Position numbers and translations under genes: made by a program
The notes under the pieces: generated by a model
The model's database searches: none
Told to the model about the DNA's origin: nothing
What the model saw: the letters and a program-made list of their open reading frames with translations, nothing else
Assembly: GCA_021108255.1 (NCBI GenBank)
Contig: JAIORG010000102.1
Location: 529-64,528 of the forward strand
Length of the DNA stretch: 64,000 bases
Direction: 5' to 3'
DNA from: Anaerolineales bacterium
GTDB taxonomy: Bacteria > Chloroflexota > Anaerolineae > Anaerolineales > UBA11858
Shown: one piece after another, positions 1-9,410 of the stretch
Numbering within the stretch: position 1 is the first letter of the stretch
Layout: each line of letters begins with the position of its first letter

Positions 1-446
1 CGATCGGTGGCTGACGTTTCCGGGGTCGGCAGAACTGCATCATCTCCATATAATCCAGCGGTAGATGCAAGCAAAAACTTGTTAATGTTTTCCTGTCGGC
101 AAAGTTCAAGCAGGTTTAAAGTACCGGTTGCGTTTGTTTCCAAATAAACCCAAGGATCTTCCAGGCTGTCCCTGACACCAGCCCGGGCTGCCAGGTTAAT
201 AACCGCATCAAATCCCTGTCCGGTAAGCTTATTATCTTGAAGCAGACTTCGGTCGCTGACATCAAGTTTATGAAATGAAAATCCAGGGAGTTTGCTCAAT
301 TCGGCAAGGCGGTACTCTTTCATGCGCACATCATAAGCCTGATTGAGATTATCGAGACCCACAACTTCGGCCCCCTGCTCTAAAAGCATTTTCGCAACAA
401 CTGAGGCTATAAAACCGGCCGCGCCGGTTAGTAAGTATTTCTTCAT
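1..446 (-). CDS. NAD-dependent epimerase/dehydratase (extended SDR, UDP-sugar 4-epimerase-like); 3' end lies outside the window
   Basis: The ORF runs off the left edge and is not in the supplied track. ATG is at 446-444. The translation MKKYLLTGAAGFIASVVAKMLLEQGAEVVGLDNLNQAYDVRMKEYR... has the GxxGxxG Rossmann motif and the layout of sugar-nucleotide epimerases. Confidence 0.8.
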   Translation of the reverse strand, partial: MKKYLLTGAAGFIASVVAKMLLEQGAEVVGLDNLNQAYDVRMKEYRLAELSKLPGFSFHKLDVSDRSLLQDNKLTGQGFDAVINLAARAGVRDSLEDPWVYLETNATGTLNLLELCRQENINKFLLASTAGLYGDDAVLPTPETSATD

Positions 447-470
447 GATTGATCCTTTCAAGAATTAATT

Positions 471-1790
471 TTACAAACGGGTTACTTTCGGATCATCAAC
501 CTCGATATCCCCTAAAGCATTCCTGGCATCCATAATACAGCTGGCTTTTTCATAAATCCGCTGGTAATCATATTGACTGTGGTTAGTAATGATCACAACA
601 CAATCAACACTTTCAACCGCTTCCATTAAATCAGGAACACTTTCCAGGTTAATATTCTCATGCTTGAGTTGAGGAATAAAGGGGTCGTGATATTTCACCT
701 CCGCCCCATTTTGCTGAAGCAGGCCAATCACATCCAGAGCTGGCGATTCTCTAACATCATCAATATCCGGTTTATAGGCTGCTCCCAGAATCAGTATCTG
801 GCTATTTTTCAAAGCCTTTTGCCTATCGTTTAGAGCTTCCTGCACCTTATTGACAACATACCGGGGCATATTAGTATTTATCTCAGAAGCCAGTTCAATA
901 AATCTGGCAGTATAGTTCAGGGATTTCAATTTCCAGGAAAGAAAGAGGGGATCAATGGGAATACAGTGACCACCCAATCCGGGGCCGGGGGTAAATTTCA
1001 TAAAACCAAAAGGTTTTGTTGCCGCCGCATCAATAACTTCCCAGACATTGATGCCCATCCGGTCACACATAATTGCCATTTCATTTACCAAACCGATATT
1101 TACCATCCGATAAGTGTTTTCCAACAGCTTGGTCATTTCAGCTACCTCAGTGGTGGATACAGGAACAACTGTTTCCATTGCACCCTCATAAAAAGCCGAG
1201 GCAATTTCTGTACAGGCTGGAGTTATCCCTCCCACCACTTTGGGGGTATTTATTGTGGTCCAATTTTCTCGTCCTGGATCCACTCTCTCGGGAGAAAATG
1301 CCAGGAAAAAATTCTCTCCAACCACCAGGTTCCCTGATTCGATTAATTTAGGAAGAAGCAATTCCCGGGTAGTTCCTGGATAAGTTGTAGACTCCAGCAC
1401 GACCACCATACCAGGATGAATGTAAGGCGCGATTGATTCAGAAACATCAACAATAAAAGACATGTCTGGATCCCTGGTTTTCCTCAGGGGTGTCGGCACA
1501 CAAATACTTACTGCATCTGCTTCAGCAACCGCTGAAAAGTCATTGGTGGCTGACAAGGTTCCTTTGCTGGTCAAGTTTTGGATCACTTCCGTATCCACAT
1601 CATCTATATAACTAATCCCCTGATTTAGCAGTGACACTTTCTCATGATCTGGATCTACACCAGTAACTTTAAATCCAGCTTCAGCGAGGACTGCGGCCAG
1701 AGGTAAACCCACATAACCCAAGCCTAATACAACAACCCTGGCTGAGCGGTCAACTAGTTTTTTGTGTAATTCTTTCTTGTGGATCGACAT
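471..1790 (-). CDS. Nucleotide-sugar 6-dehydrogenase (UDP-glucose/GDP-mannose dehydrogenase family, UDP-GlcNAc/UDP-ManNAc type)
   Basis: Rossmann motif VVVLGLGYVGLP and catalytic-Cys motif GLGGHCIPIDP. I moved the start to ATG 1790 (MSIHKK...) because GGGAG lies 5 nt upstream. The track start GTG 1805 sits inside that SD. Confidence 0.9.
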   Translation of the reverse strand: MSIHKKELHKKLVDRSARVVVLGLGYVGLPLAAVLAEAGFKVTGVDPDHEKVSLLNQGISYIDDVDTEVIQNLTSKGTLSATNDFSAVAEADAVSICVPTPLRKTRDPDMSFIVDVSESIAPYIHPGMVVVLESTTYPGTTRELLLPKLIESGNLVVGENFFLAFSPERVDPGRENWTTINTPKVVGGITPACTEIASAFYEGAMETVVPVSTTEVAEMTKLLENTYRMVNIGLVNEMAIMCDRMGINVWEVIDAAATKPFGFMKFTPGPGLGGHCIPIDPLFLSWKLKSLNYTARFIELASEINTNMPRYVVNKVQEALNDRQKALKNSQILILGAAYKPDIDDVRESPALDVIGLLQQNGAEVKYHDPFIPQLKHENINLESVPDLMEAVESVDCVVIITNHSQYDYQRIYEKASCIMDARNALGDIEVDDPKVTRL

Positions 1791-1817
1791 AAATACTCCC
1801 ACCACTAATTAATTCCC

Positions 1818-2450
1818 TTAGAACATACTCAGCTGTTCCACCTGGTCATTATTATTATCAACAGGCTCTTCAGGTTGATATACAAGCGCTTTTTCAGCTC
1901 CATCTATTAAAGCTGGAAGTTTCGCAAAATCTTCTTCCACAACTGGCCTCAAAGATGGGCGGTGAAGAGCTGCTGCCGGATGATAAAAAGGTACTACCAG
2001 CATTCCTTTCACCCGGATTGGCTGCCCATGAATTTCGCTTATCTTCGCCTGGGGAATAAATCTCGCCATGGAAAATCGCCCCAGGGTGACGATTACGCTG
2101 GGATTTATAATTTGAATTTGCTGGTCAAGATAAGGTTTGCAGGCCTTCAACTCTTCCGGTGCGGGATCCCGATTTCCTGGTGGTCTGCACTTGACAACAT
2201 TGGTGATAAAAACATCCTCTCGTTTCATCCCGATTGAGTCTAATAATTCCACCAACAAATCACCTGCAGCCCCGACAAAAGGTCTTCCTTGCATATTTTC
2301 ATGAAAACCGGGACCTTCTCCAATAAACATGATTTCTGCATCGGAAGGACCTTCACCCGGCACACCTTTCTCGCGCGAGTGATTGAGTTCACACTTATTA
2401 CATCTGGAAACATCTTCGGCTATTTTTATGAGCACCTGATCCGGATTCAT
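1818..2450 (-). CDS. Family 4 uracil-DNA glycosylase (Fe-S type)
   Basis: Motifs FIGEGPG and HPAAAL, plus CNKCEL...VKCRPP cysteines typical of 4Fe-4S UDGs. Confidence 0.9.
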   Translation of the reverse strand: MNPDQVLIKIAEDVSRCNKCELNHSREKGVPGEGPSDAEIMFIGEGPGFHENMQGRPFVGAAGDLLVELLDSIGMKREDVFITNVVKCRPPGNRDPAPEELKACKPYLDQQIQIINPSVIVTLGRFSMARFIPQAKISEIHGQPIRVKGMLVVPFYHPAAALHRPSLRPVVEEDFAKLPALIDGAEKALVYQPEEPVDNNNDQVEQLSMF

Positions 2451-2481
2451 TCGGTAACATAGCTCCTTTTATTAGGGGTTT

Positions 2482-3147
2482 TCATCCCGGGATTGGATCC
2501 CCTCTATGCAAATAGGTAGGCGAAAGAGTCAGGATATCATCAACTATGCCACCCTGCCATCTGTTCCAGGCCAGTTCAGCCAGGTATTTCGGGTTTCGAA
2601 GGGCCAAAGTAGGACAGGCTGCATCAATCAAATCATGATCCTCAACAGCCTGGCGGATTTCTTCATTTATTTCTCCGGTCAGGATACAGGGCTGATCGAT
2701 CTTTTTCAGCAGCTCATCGAAGGTGAGATTTTCTACAAGACCATCCGCTACCCAGCTCCCATCCTCAGCCTTATACCATCCTACTGCCAGACGATTCCTC
2801 CCAGCTTGAAGAACGGCTGCCAGCCTGATGTCCCTCACCGGAACGGCTCTGGCGGTAATATCAAGCGTGGGGATACCGATCACCGATAATTGATGGGTAT
2901 ACGCGATGCCTTTAATCAAAGCCATGCCGATTCTAAGCCCAGTAAAAGATCCTGGTCCGCTAGCAATCGCCAAAACATGCAAATCCGCGGCAGATAAACC
3001 TGCCCGGGACAAGTTTGACTGAACAGCATTTGCCAATTCTACAGTGTGGTAGCGGCGGGAAATCCAACTTTCTTCACACAAAATTTGGTTTCCATCAAAC
3101 AGCGCTATCCCCACAGATTGAGTTGAGGTATCCACTGCTAATAACAT
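2482..3147 (-). CDS. tsaB: tRNA t6A37 biosynthesis protein TsaB (YeaZ)
   Basis: N-terminus MLLAVDTSTQSVGIALFDG, ASGPGSFTGLRIG motif, and position directly downstream of tsaE. Confidence 0.85.
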   Translation of the reverse strand: MLLAVDTSTQSVGIALFDGNQILCEESWISRRYHTVELANAVQSNLSRAGLSAADLHVLAIASGPGSFTGLRIGMALIKGIAYTHQLSVIGIPTLDITARAVPVRDIRLAAVLQAGRNRLAVGWYKAEDGSWVADGLVENLTFDELLKKIDQPCILTGEINEEIRQAVEDHDLIDAACPTLALRNPKYLAELAWNRWQGGIVDDILTLSPTYLHRGDPIPG

Positions 3148-3149
3148 GC

Positions 3150-3644
3150 TTATGCTCCGTAAATCTCTTCCCGAAGTCTCTTGAGCAGGATTTTGTGCCG
3201 TTCACCCCGCGCATGAACAATAAAATCTCTCTGTTCATCATTAATAAAGCGCATATTAATCCATAAAAAATCTTCTGGTAGCGCTTCTTCAATCTTGTCA
3301 GCCCATTCCACTAAAAGTGGGCCCTGGTCGAGTATCGCATCAATATCCAGATCGATTGCTTCTTCAGGACTCTTCAATCGAAAGGCATCCAGGTGAAATA
3401 ATTGTTTGCGATCCAAACGCCTGTATACATTTACCAGAACATAAGTCGGGCTGGATACTGAATCATAGGATCCCCAACCTGAAGCAATACCCTGAACAAG
3501 GGTGGTTTTTCCAGCGCCCAGGTTACCTTCCAGACCAATAACATCACCTGGTATTAGCATTTCCCCTAAGCGCATGCCAATTCGACGGGTCTGTGTGGGA
3601 CTGCGGCTGATGACTTCAAATGAACCTTTCTCAATTACAGCCAT
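3150..3644 (-). CDS. tsaE: tRNA t6A37 biosynthesis ATPase TsaE (YjeE)
   Basis: Walker A GNLGAGKTTLVQGIA. Size of 164 aa fits. The stop lies 2 nt from the tsaB start. Confidence 0.85.
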   Translation of the reverse strand: MAVIEKGSFEVISRSPTQTRRIGMRLGEMLIPGDVIGLEGNLGAGKTTLVQGIASGWGSYDSVSSPTYVLVNVYRRLDRKQLFHLDAFRLKSPEEAIDLDIDAILDQGPLLVEWADKIEEALPEDFLWINMRFINDEQRDFIVHARGERHKILLKRLREEIYGA

Positions 3645-3699
3645 TTCAATTATCCATTATAAATTATCCGAGGGGTTTCTAAAATTATTTTACCATTTT

Positions 3700-5880
3700 C
3701 TAGGGGCCAATTATTTTCAGATCAGCCAGGGAGGCGATGAGTTTTTTCTTCCCTACCCCTTCAAAAAAAATATCCACTATTTCGTCATCATCCTGGAGGA
3801 CACTGTTTAACACCAGTCCCTCTCCCCATTTACCATGCTTGATTTTTTGTCCGGGATGATACTGGCTCTCCATTTTTTCTGTGTCAGGAGATTCTCTCTG
3901 GATATTTTTCCAGGATTTAACAACCTGGGTGCTTTTCCGGGGAGGGGGCGAGTATTGAGGAAGACCATCCTCCGCTCTCAATTCCGGGGGAATATCCCGA
4001 TAATAACGGGAAGCTTCCATGGGCTCAAAATAACCGTAAGTGTACCGGTTCAATGAATGGAACAGATACAAGCGGTCTTTCGCCCTGGTAATGCCCACAT
4101 AAAATAACCTTCGTTCTTCTTCCATCCCTTCAGGCTCATCGAATGACCTTTGGTGCGGCAGTATCCCCTCGTTTAACCCGATGATCATTACCTGGCTGAA
4201 TTCCAAACCCTTAGCAGCATGCAGGGTCAACAAAGTGGGAACATCCAGCTTAGAATCCAGCGTATCCTGGTCTGACACCAAGGCTACATCTTCGAGGAAT
4301 GACAATAAGCCGACAGTTTGATATTCAGATGCCAATCTTCGCAGCTCAACAACGTTTTCCCACCGATCGTATCCTTCATCACTGCCATCTTCAATATAAG
4401 TCCGGTAATCAATGTCCGAAAGAATCTGCTCAACAATCTCAACCGGGGGCAAGGTTTCAAATACGCCTCTCCATGTAGACAATAAACGTCCAAATCCCGT
4501 CAGCCGGCTGCCTCCAGCTTTTGTAAAAGATTCCAGTTCCGGCGGATTTTCTTCAGCAAGGTTGAGAAGCAAGTTTCCAGGAGTAATCTCGTTTTTCTGT
4601 GCAACTGTAATTAATTCAGCGAAAGTTTTGGTTCCAATCTTGCGGCTGGGTGTATTAATAACCCGGGATAAACTAAATAAATCATCAGGATTTGCTACCA
4701 GGCGCAGGTAAGCGATGATATCTTTTACCTCCCTGCGGCCGTAAAATCGCTGGGCCCCGACTAATTTATACGGTAGGTTAGCTGAAAGAAATGCCTCTTC
4801 CACCAGGCGGGATTGAGCATTGGTTCTGTACATCACCGCAAAATCGGAAGGGGCTGCCTTTCTTTTAGAAAGTTGCTGAATAATCGTTTCCACCACAAAT
4901 TGAGCCTGCTCCCGTTCATCGTAGGTTTCCCGGATGGAAATCTTCTCTCCTGCTCCCCGTTCAGTAAAGAGTTTCTTGGGAGTTCGCTGGGTATTACGAT
5001 CAATGATAGAGATCGCTGTATCAAGAATGTTCTGTGTAGATCGGTAGTTTTGCTCCAGAAGAATTACTTCTGCATCAGGAAAATCTTCTTCAAACTTGCG
5101 GACATTTCTATAATCTGCACCCCGCCAGCGGTAGATAGATTGATCTGAATCTCCTACAACGAACAAATTCCGATGATGAGATGCCAAGTGCTTCAACAAT
5201 GAGTATTGTGCCATGTTGGTATCCTGGAATTCATCAACCAGGATGAACTGGTATCGATGGGCATACTTGTCCCGGATGCTGTCATTATCTGACAGCAATA
5301 TTGCTGTCCACAACAACAGATCATCAAAATCAAAAGCATTGCTGGCCAGCAGGACTTTCTGGTACTGCTGATACACCCTGGCAACAACTTCATCACGATA
5401 GGTTTGAATCGGAAAATCTTCTGGCAGGTAAAGTTCGTTTTTTGCTGCAGAGATAGCCGCATGAACGCTTTGGGGCCGGTAGCGTTTATCGTCCAGGTTT
5501 TGCTCTTTAATTACTTGGCGAACAACTTTCACCTGGTCGTCCGCATCAAAAATGACATAGTTGGAATTCACCGGCAGGTTATCGGACTCAATTCGGAGGA
5601 TCCGGGCACAAGTCGCATGAAAAGTGCCCAGAGTTAAACCATGAGTTTGGTGTCCCAGCAGCCCGGCAATCCGATCCCCCATTTCTGAAGCAGCCTTGTT
5701 TGTAAAGGTAACTGCCATGACATGATATGGCTCAAGTCCCCGTTCTCCAATCAAATACGCTGCCCGGTGAGTTAGAACTCGCGTCTTTCCTGAGCCGGGG
5801 CCTGCGAGTACCAAAACAGGGCCAGGAGGGGCCTTGACGGCTTTTATTTGTTGGGGATTCAACGATTTCAGAATATCCAT
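3700..5880 (-). CDS. pcrA: ATP-dependent DNA helicase PcrA/UvrD (SF1)
   Basis: Helicase motifs AGPGSGKT, DEFQDTN, VGDSDQSIYRWRGA, LEQNYRS, TLHAAKGLEF and VGITRAK. Confidence 0.95.
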   Translation of the reverse strand: MDILKSLNPQQIKAVKAPPGPVLVLAGPGSGKTRVLTHRAAYLIGERGLEPYHVMAVTFTNKAASEMGDRIAGLLGHQTHGLTLGTFHATCARILRIESDNLPVNSNYVIFDADDQVKVVRQVIKEQNLDDKRYRPQSVHAAISAAKNELYLPEDFPIQTYRDEVVARVYQQYQKVLLASNAFDFDDLLLWTAILLSDNDSIRDKYAHRYQFILVDEFQDTNMAQYSLLKHLASHHRNLFVVGDSDQSIYRWRGADYRNVRKFEEDFPDAEVILLEQNYRSTQNILDTAISIIDRNTQRTPKKLFTERGAGEKISIRETYDEREQAQFVVETIIQQLSKRKAAPSDFAVMYRTNAQSRLVEEAFLSANLPYKLVGAQRFYGRREVKDIIAYLRLVANPDDLFSLSRVINTPSRKIGTKTFAELITVAQKNEITPGNLLLNLAEENPPELESFTKAGGSRLTGFGRLLSTWRGVFETLPPVEIVEQILSDIDYRTYIEDGSDEGYDRWENVVELRRLASEYQTVGLLSFLEDVALVSDQDTLDSKLDVPTLLTLHAAKGLEFSQVMIIGLNEGILPHQRSFDEPEGMEEERRLFYVGITRAKDRLYLFHSLNRYTYGYFEPMEASRYYRDIPPELRAEDGLPQYSPPPRKSTQVVKSWKNIQRESPDTEKMESQYHPGQKIKHGKWGEGLVLNSVLQDDDEIVDIFFEGVGKKKLIASLADLKIIGP

Positions 5881-5946
5881 ACTGGGCTGATTCTAATGGG
5901 TTGCCAGATAAGTGTCAACAACATTGCGGAAATGAGTACCCTGTCG

Positions 5947-5952
5947 TAGAAT
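5947..5952 (+). promoter_or_regulatory. Putative -10 hexamer TAGAAT placed 6 nt before the holB ATG (candidate leaderless promoter)
   Basis: TTGCGG-17 nt-TAGAAT-6 nt-ATG(5959). There is no Shine-Dalgarno upstream of the ATG. Confidence 0.3.
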
Positions 5953-5958
5953 TGATTT

Positions 5959-6954
5959 ATGACTTGGGACCTAATTGGACATGAATGGGCAGTCCAACTT
6001 CTACGCGGACATATCGTTCAAAATAACTTACGCCATGCGTATTTAATCACCGGTCCATCCGGTGTTGGGAAAGAAAACCTGGCAGTGAGATTCATTCAAG
6101 CAATTAACTGCCCGGATCCGGTTGAACCCGGCATTCCCTGCCGAGTTTGCCAAACCTGTCAAAGAATTGCCCGGATGGAACATCCTGACCTGTTCCCGGT
6201 CAAAGTGGAAGAAAATAGTACTCAGATTAAAATTGATCAAATTCGGGAATTAATTCATCTTTTCTCTCTTACTCCGTATATGGCCTCCCGCAAGATAGGA
6301 TTGCTCATAAATTTTGAACAAGCCAATCCTCAAGCACAGAATTCATTATTAAAAACCCTGGAAGAGCCTCCCGGGAATTCAATTATGATCCTGACTGCTA
6401 CAACTGCAAATTCCCTCCTGGATACAATCACGTCTCGGTGTGAGGAAATTAAACTCAATACGGTACCAATATCAATTACCAAAAAAGGCCTGGAACAGAT
6501 ACACGGCATACCGGCGGATCAGGCAAATTTCCTGGCTCATATATCGGGCGGGAAACCAGAAATTGCCCTCCACTATAACCAGGACCCTGTTTCACTGGAA
6601 CTTCGGGACACACTGCTCAACGAGCACCGCCAAATCCTGCAAGGCAACTCAGTAGAACGGTTTTCTTACGTATCCAAATACGGGAAAGATTCCCGGATGG
6701 TTAATAAAATTATTGACACCTGGAGCTCTCTCTGGCACGATATTATGCTTCAGTCTGGAAAATCCCAGGCGCCCATTCAAAATATTGACCGTTCAAACGA
6801 AATCAATCAGATCGTCAACAAGGTTGATCTCAGTACGGCTAAAAACACCCTCAATTTCTTCCTCAGGGCCCACTCCCTGCTGCTCAATAACGCAAATCTA
6901 AAACTAACTTTCGAGGATCTTCTGCTGCACCTGCCCCGGTTTGAAAACTTATAA
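5959..6954 (+). CDS. holB: DNA polymerase III delta-prime subunit
   Basis: AAA+ P-loop-like GPSGVGKENLA, zinc-module cysteines CRVCQTCQRI, and SRC motif (TSRCEEI). Confidence 0.85.
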   Translation: MTWDLIGHEWAVQLLRGHIVQNNLRHAYLITGPSGVGKENLAVRFIQAINCPDPVEPGIPCRVCQTCQRIARMEHPDLFPVKVEENSTQIKIDQIRELIHLFSLTPYMASRKIGLLINFEQANPQAQNSLLKTLEEPPGNSIMILTATTANSLLDTITSRCEEIKLNTVPISITKKGLEQIHGIPADQANFLAHISGGKPEIALHYNQDPVSLELRDTLLNEHRQILQGNSVERFSYVSKYGKDSRMVNKIIDTWSSLWHDIMLQSGKSQAPIQNIDRSNEINQIVNKVDLSTAKNTLNFFLRAHSLLLNNANLKLTFEDLLLHLPRFENL

Positions 6955-7030
6955 ACCAGCCAAACATTCCCCCTCAATAAATGTACAAGACAGTCAACAA
7001 ACTTCCACCAGTGCATCAGAATAACGAATA

Positions 7031-7039
7031 TGCTATACT
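7031..7039 (+). promoter_or_regulatory. Extended -10 element TGcTATACT
   Basis: Exact TGnTATACT match about 210 nt upstream of the histidine-kinase ATG. The -35 is weak. Confidence 0.3.
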
Positions 7040-7075
7040 CTGATAAGGATTTAATTGTTTGGCGGCTTAACCTGG

Positions 7076-7116
7076 ACAATTCAGATTTTAACAATTCTGT
7101 CAAACAAACAATTCTG
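7076..7116. repeat. Three direct copies of ACAATTC(A/T)G at 7076, 7091 and 7108, with a partial inverted copy at 7053-7058
   Basis: Read directly: ggACAATTCAGa, taACAATTCTGt, aaACAATTCTGa. Start-to-start spacing is 15 and 17 bp. Confidence 0.5.
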
Positions 7117-7248
7117 AGATTTTATTCATTCGCTCTCTGCTCACAAATCGCGTTTAATAAACAATAGAAATACCGGGTATTGATGAACTAAGCTTATTGG
7201 CTAACTTTACAGGATTTGAGTTAAAATAATATAAATGAGATCCCATTA

Positions 7249-9357
7249 ATGGCTACAGAAAAATCATCCAACAAACAGCTGCAAATAGAAAACCCCAAAG
7301 CTTCCCTGGAGCTTCTTTATCGAATCAGTAGAGAAATAGCTACGACTCTTGATTTATCTGTTGTTCTGGAACGCGTTCTCTCCCTCTCAATAAATTCTAT
7401 CGGAGCAATCAGGGGGAGCATTATTATCCTGGATGAACATGAAAATCCTGTGGAATCCGCGATCATCGTCCAGGACCAGGTTATCTACCATACTAATGAA
7501 CAATTGCGCTCTACCCTGGACAATGGCCTTGCTGGCTGGGTGGTCAAAAACAGAGATGCAGTCAGTATCCCAGATACAAGTAACGATGAACGTTGGCTTC
7601 GAAAACCAGATGACGAGGAAAGCGCAACTGGCTCAAAATCCGTCATTGCCGTTCCGATTATGTCCCGGAATGAGCTGGTCGGGGTTATCACACTGGTCCA
7701 CCCGGATCCAAACCATCTCCAGGAAGATCATATTACCCTTGTCCGTGCTATAGCAGACCAGGCAGGAATCGCCGTATTAAACGCTCAACTGTACGGTGAA
7801 AGCCAACGGCAAACCCGGGTAATGACAGCCCTGGCTAACAGTGCAACAGCAATGTCATCCACATTAAATTTGGAAAATGTGCTGCAAAATATACTTGAGG
7901 AAATCCGAGCCGCCCTCCAGGTCGAAGCAGTCACCCTATCCTTAATTGACCGAAGTGAAGAGTACCTGGAATATAAAGCCGCGAGGCACGACACGATTGA
8001 TCTTCGTTCTACCCTGGTTGGGAAACGGATTAGAATCGGCCAAGGCTTTGCCGGCTGGGTTGCCGAAACCGGATTGGGAGAAATTGTTCCAAATCCTGCT
8101 GAGGATAAACGTTTTTTACAGACCAACGCAATTTACCCGGAAATATCGCCCTTTGCTATTGTGGCTGCCCCGATCTTTCTTCATGGCAAAGTAGTAGGTG
8201 TTCTGGAAGCAATAAACCCCTACAATAGGTATTTTGAAAGTGACGCACTGCAGGTACTGTCCGGCATTGGGAGTCTTGCGGGTTCCTCAATTCAAAATGC
8301 TCAGCTATACGAGGATCTGCAAATTACTCACAGCCGCTATCATGACCTATTTGAGAACAGCATTGATCCGATTATCATCACTGACCTGTTGGGAAATATT
8401 ATTGAATCAAATATCCGAACCCTGAAAACCAGCAACTATTCCCCGGAAGAGCTCAAAACAATGGGCATCAGCGGTCTTCATGAAGTCAACCAGGAAATCG
8501 TCGGCGGAGATTATTCAAAATTACTTAAAGACACATCCAGCGGCTACGAATCTACCCTGACAACAAAGGATAAAATAAATATCCCCATAGAAGTAAATGT
8601 TCACCAAATTCAAATAGCTGACCAATCCCGGCTGCAGTGGATCTTGCGGGATATTTCAGAGAGGAAAAATCTGGATCAGCTGCGGGAAGATCTGACATCG
8701 ATGATTTTTCACGACTTGAGATCACCTTTATCGAATGTAATTTCAAGCCTTGATGTCATCCAGGCCTCTCTGCCGGGAAGTGAAGATCCGGAAATTTACT
8801 CCTTGTTTGAGATAGCCAACCGATCAACTCTTCGGATCCAGCGCCTTACAAAATCACTGCTTGATATCAACCGGTTAGAAAGTGGTCAACCAATAACCAA
8901 GAAAGAATTAATCGATCCAGAAGAGCTGATAAATTTTGCCAAAGAGGCATTGATCACCCAGGCAAACGCCAAGAAACAAACAGTCAATATCGACATTACC
9001 ACCAATATTCCCCAGATCAATGCAGATAGGGATATGTTAGAACGTGTGTTAATAAATCTGTTCCAGAATGCAATTAAGTTCACTCCCACAAAAGGTCATA
9101 TTGAATTCGGAGTAAAGATTGAGGACAAGTCCACTCTTTTTTGGGTCCTGGATTCCGGATCAGGCGTCGATTCCGATTATATTGATCGCATTTTTGATAA
9201 ATATACCCGGATTAACCCTGACGAGAGAATCAAGGGCTTGGGATTAGGGTTGGCATTCTGCAGGTTAGCAGTTGAGGGCCATGGGGGAAAAATCTGGGTC
9301 GAAAATCTTCCCGAAGGCGGAGCCATCTTTTCTTTTACAATTCCAACTGCTGAATAA
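7249..9357 (+). CDS. Sensor histidine kinase, GAF-GAF-PAS-HisKA-HATPase_c, soluble
   Basis: H-box FHDLRSPLSNV, N-box LINLFQNAIKFT, G1 DSGSGV, G2 GLGLGLAFCR. Two GAF-like blocks and a PAS-like block lie N-terminal. No TM segment and no adjacent response regulator. Confidence 0.9.
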   Translation: MATEKSSNKQLQIENPKASLELLYRISREIATTLDLSVVLERVLSLSINSIGAIRGSIIILDEHENPVESAIIVQDQVIYHTNEQLRSTLDNGLAGWVVKNRDAVSIPDTSNDERWLRKPDDEESATGSKSVIAVPIMSRNELVGVITLVHPDPNHLQEDHITLVRAIADQAGIAVLNAQLYGESQRQTRVMTALANSATAMSSTLNLENVLQNILEEIRAALQVEAVTLSLIDRSEEYLEYKAARHDTIDLRSTLVGKRIRIGQGFAGWVAETGLGEIVPNPAEDKRFLQTNAIYPEISPFAIVAAPIFLHGKVVGVLEAINPYNRYFESDALQVLSGIGSLAGSSIQNAQLYEDLQITHSRYHDLFENSIDPIIITDLLGNIIESNIRTLKTSNYSPEELKTMGISGLHEVNQEIVGGDYSKLLKDTSSGYESTLTTKDKINIPIEVNVHQIQIADQSRLQWILRDISERKNLDQLREDLTSMIFHDLRSPLSNVISSLDVIQASLPGSEDPEIYSLFEIANRSTLRIQRLTKSLLDINRLESGQPITKKELIDPEELINFAKEALITQANAKKQTVNIDITTNIPQINADRDMLERVLINLFQNAIKFTPTKGHIEFGVKIEDKSTLFWVLDSGSGVDSDYIDRIFDKYTRINPDERIKGLGLGLAFCRLAVEGHGGKIWVENLPEGGAIFSFTIPTAE

Positions 9358-9410
9358 TTCCTATTATTGAAAAAATTTCTTCCACATTGCCAAAAAACGA
9401 AGGAGCACGA

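Noticed and set aside
7029-7040. The exact 12-mer TATGCTATACTC is shared with 38884-38895.
   Set aside because: On the order of a hundred exact 12-mer coincidences are expected by chance within 64 kb. Both copies are simply good extended -10 elements.
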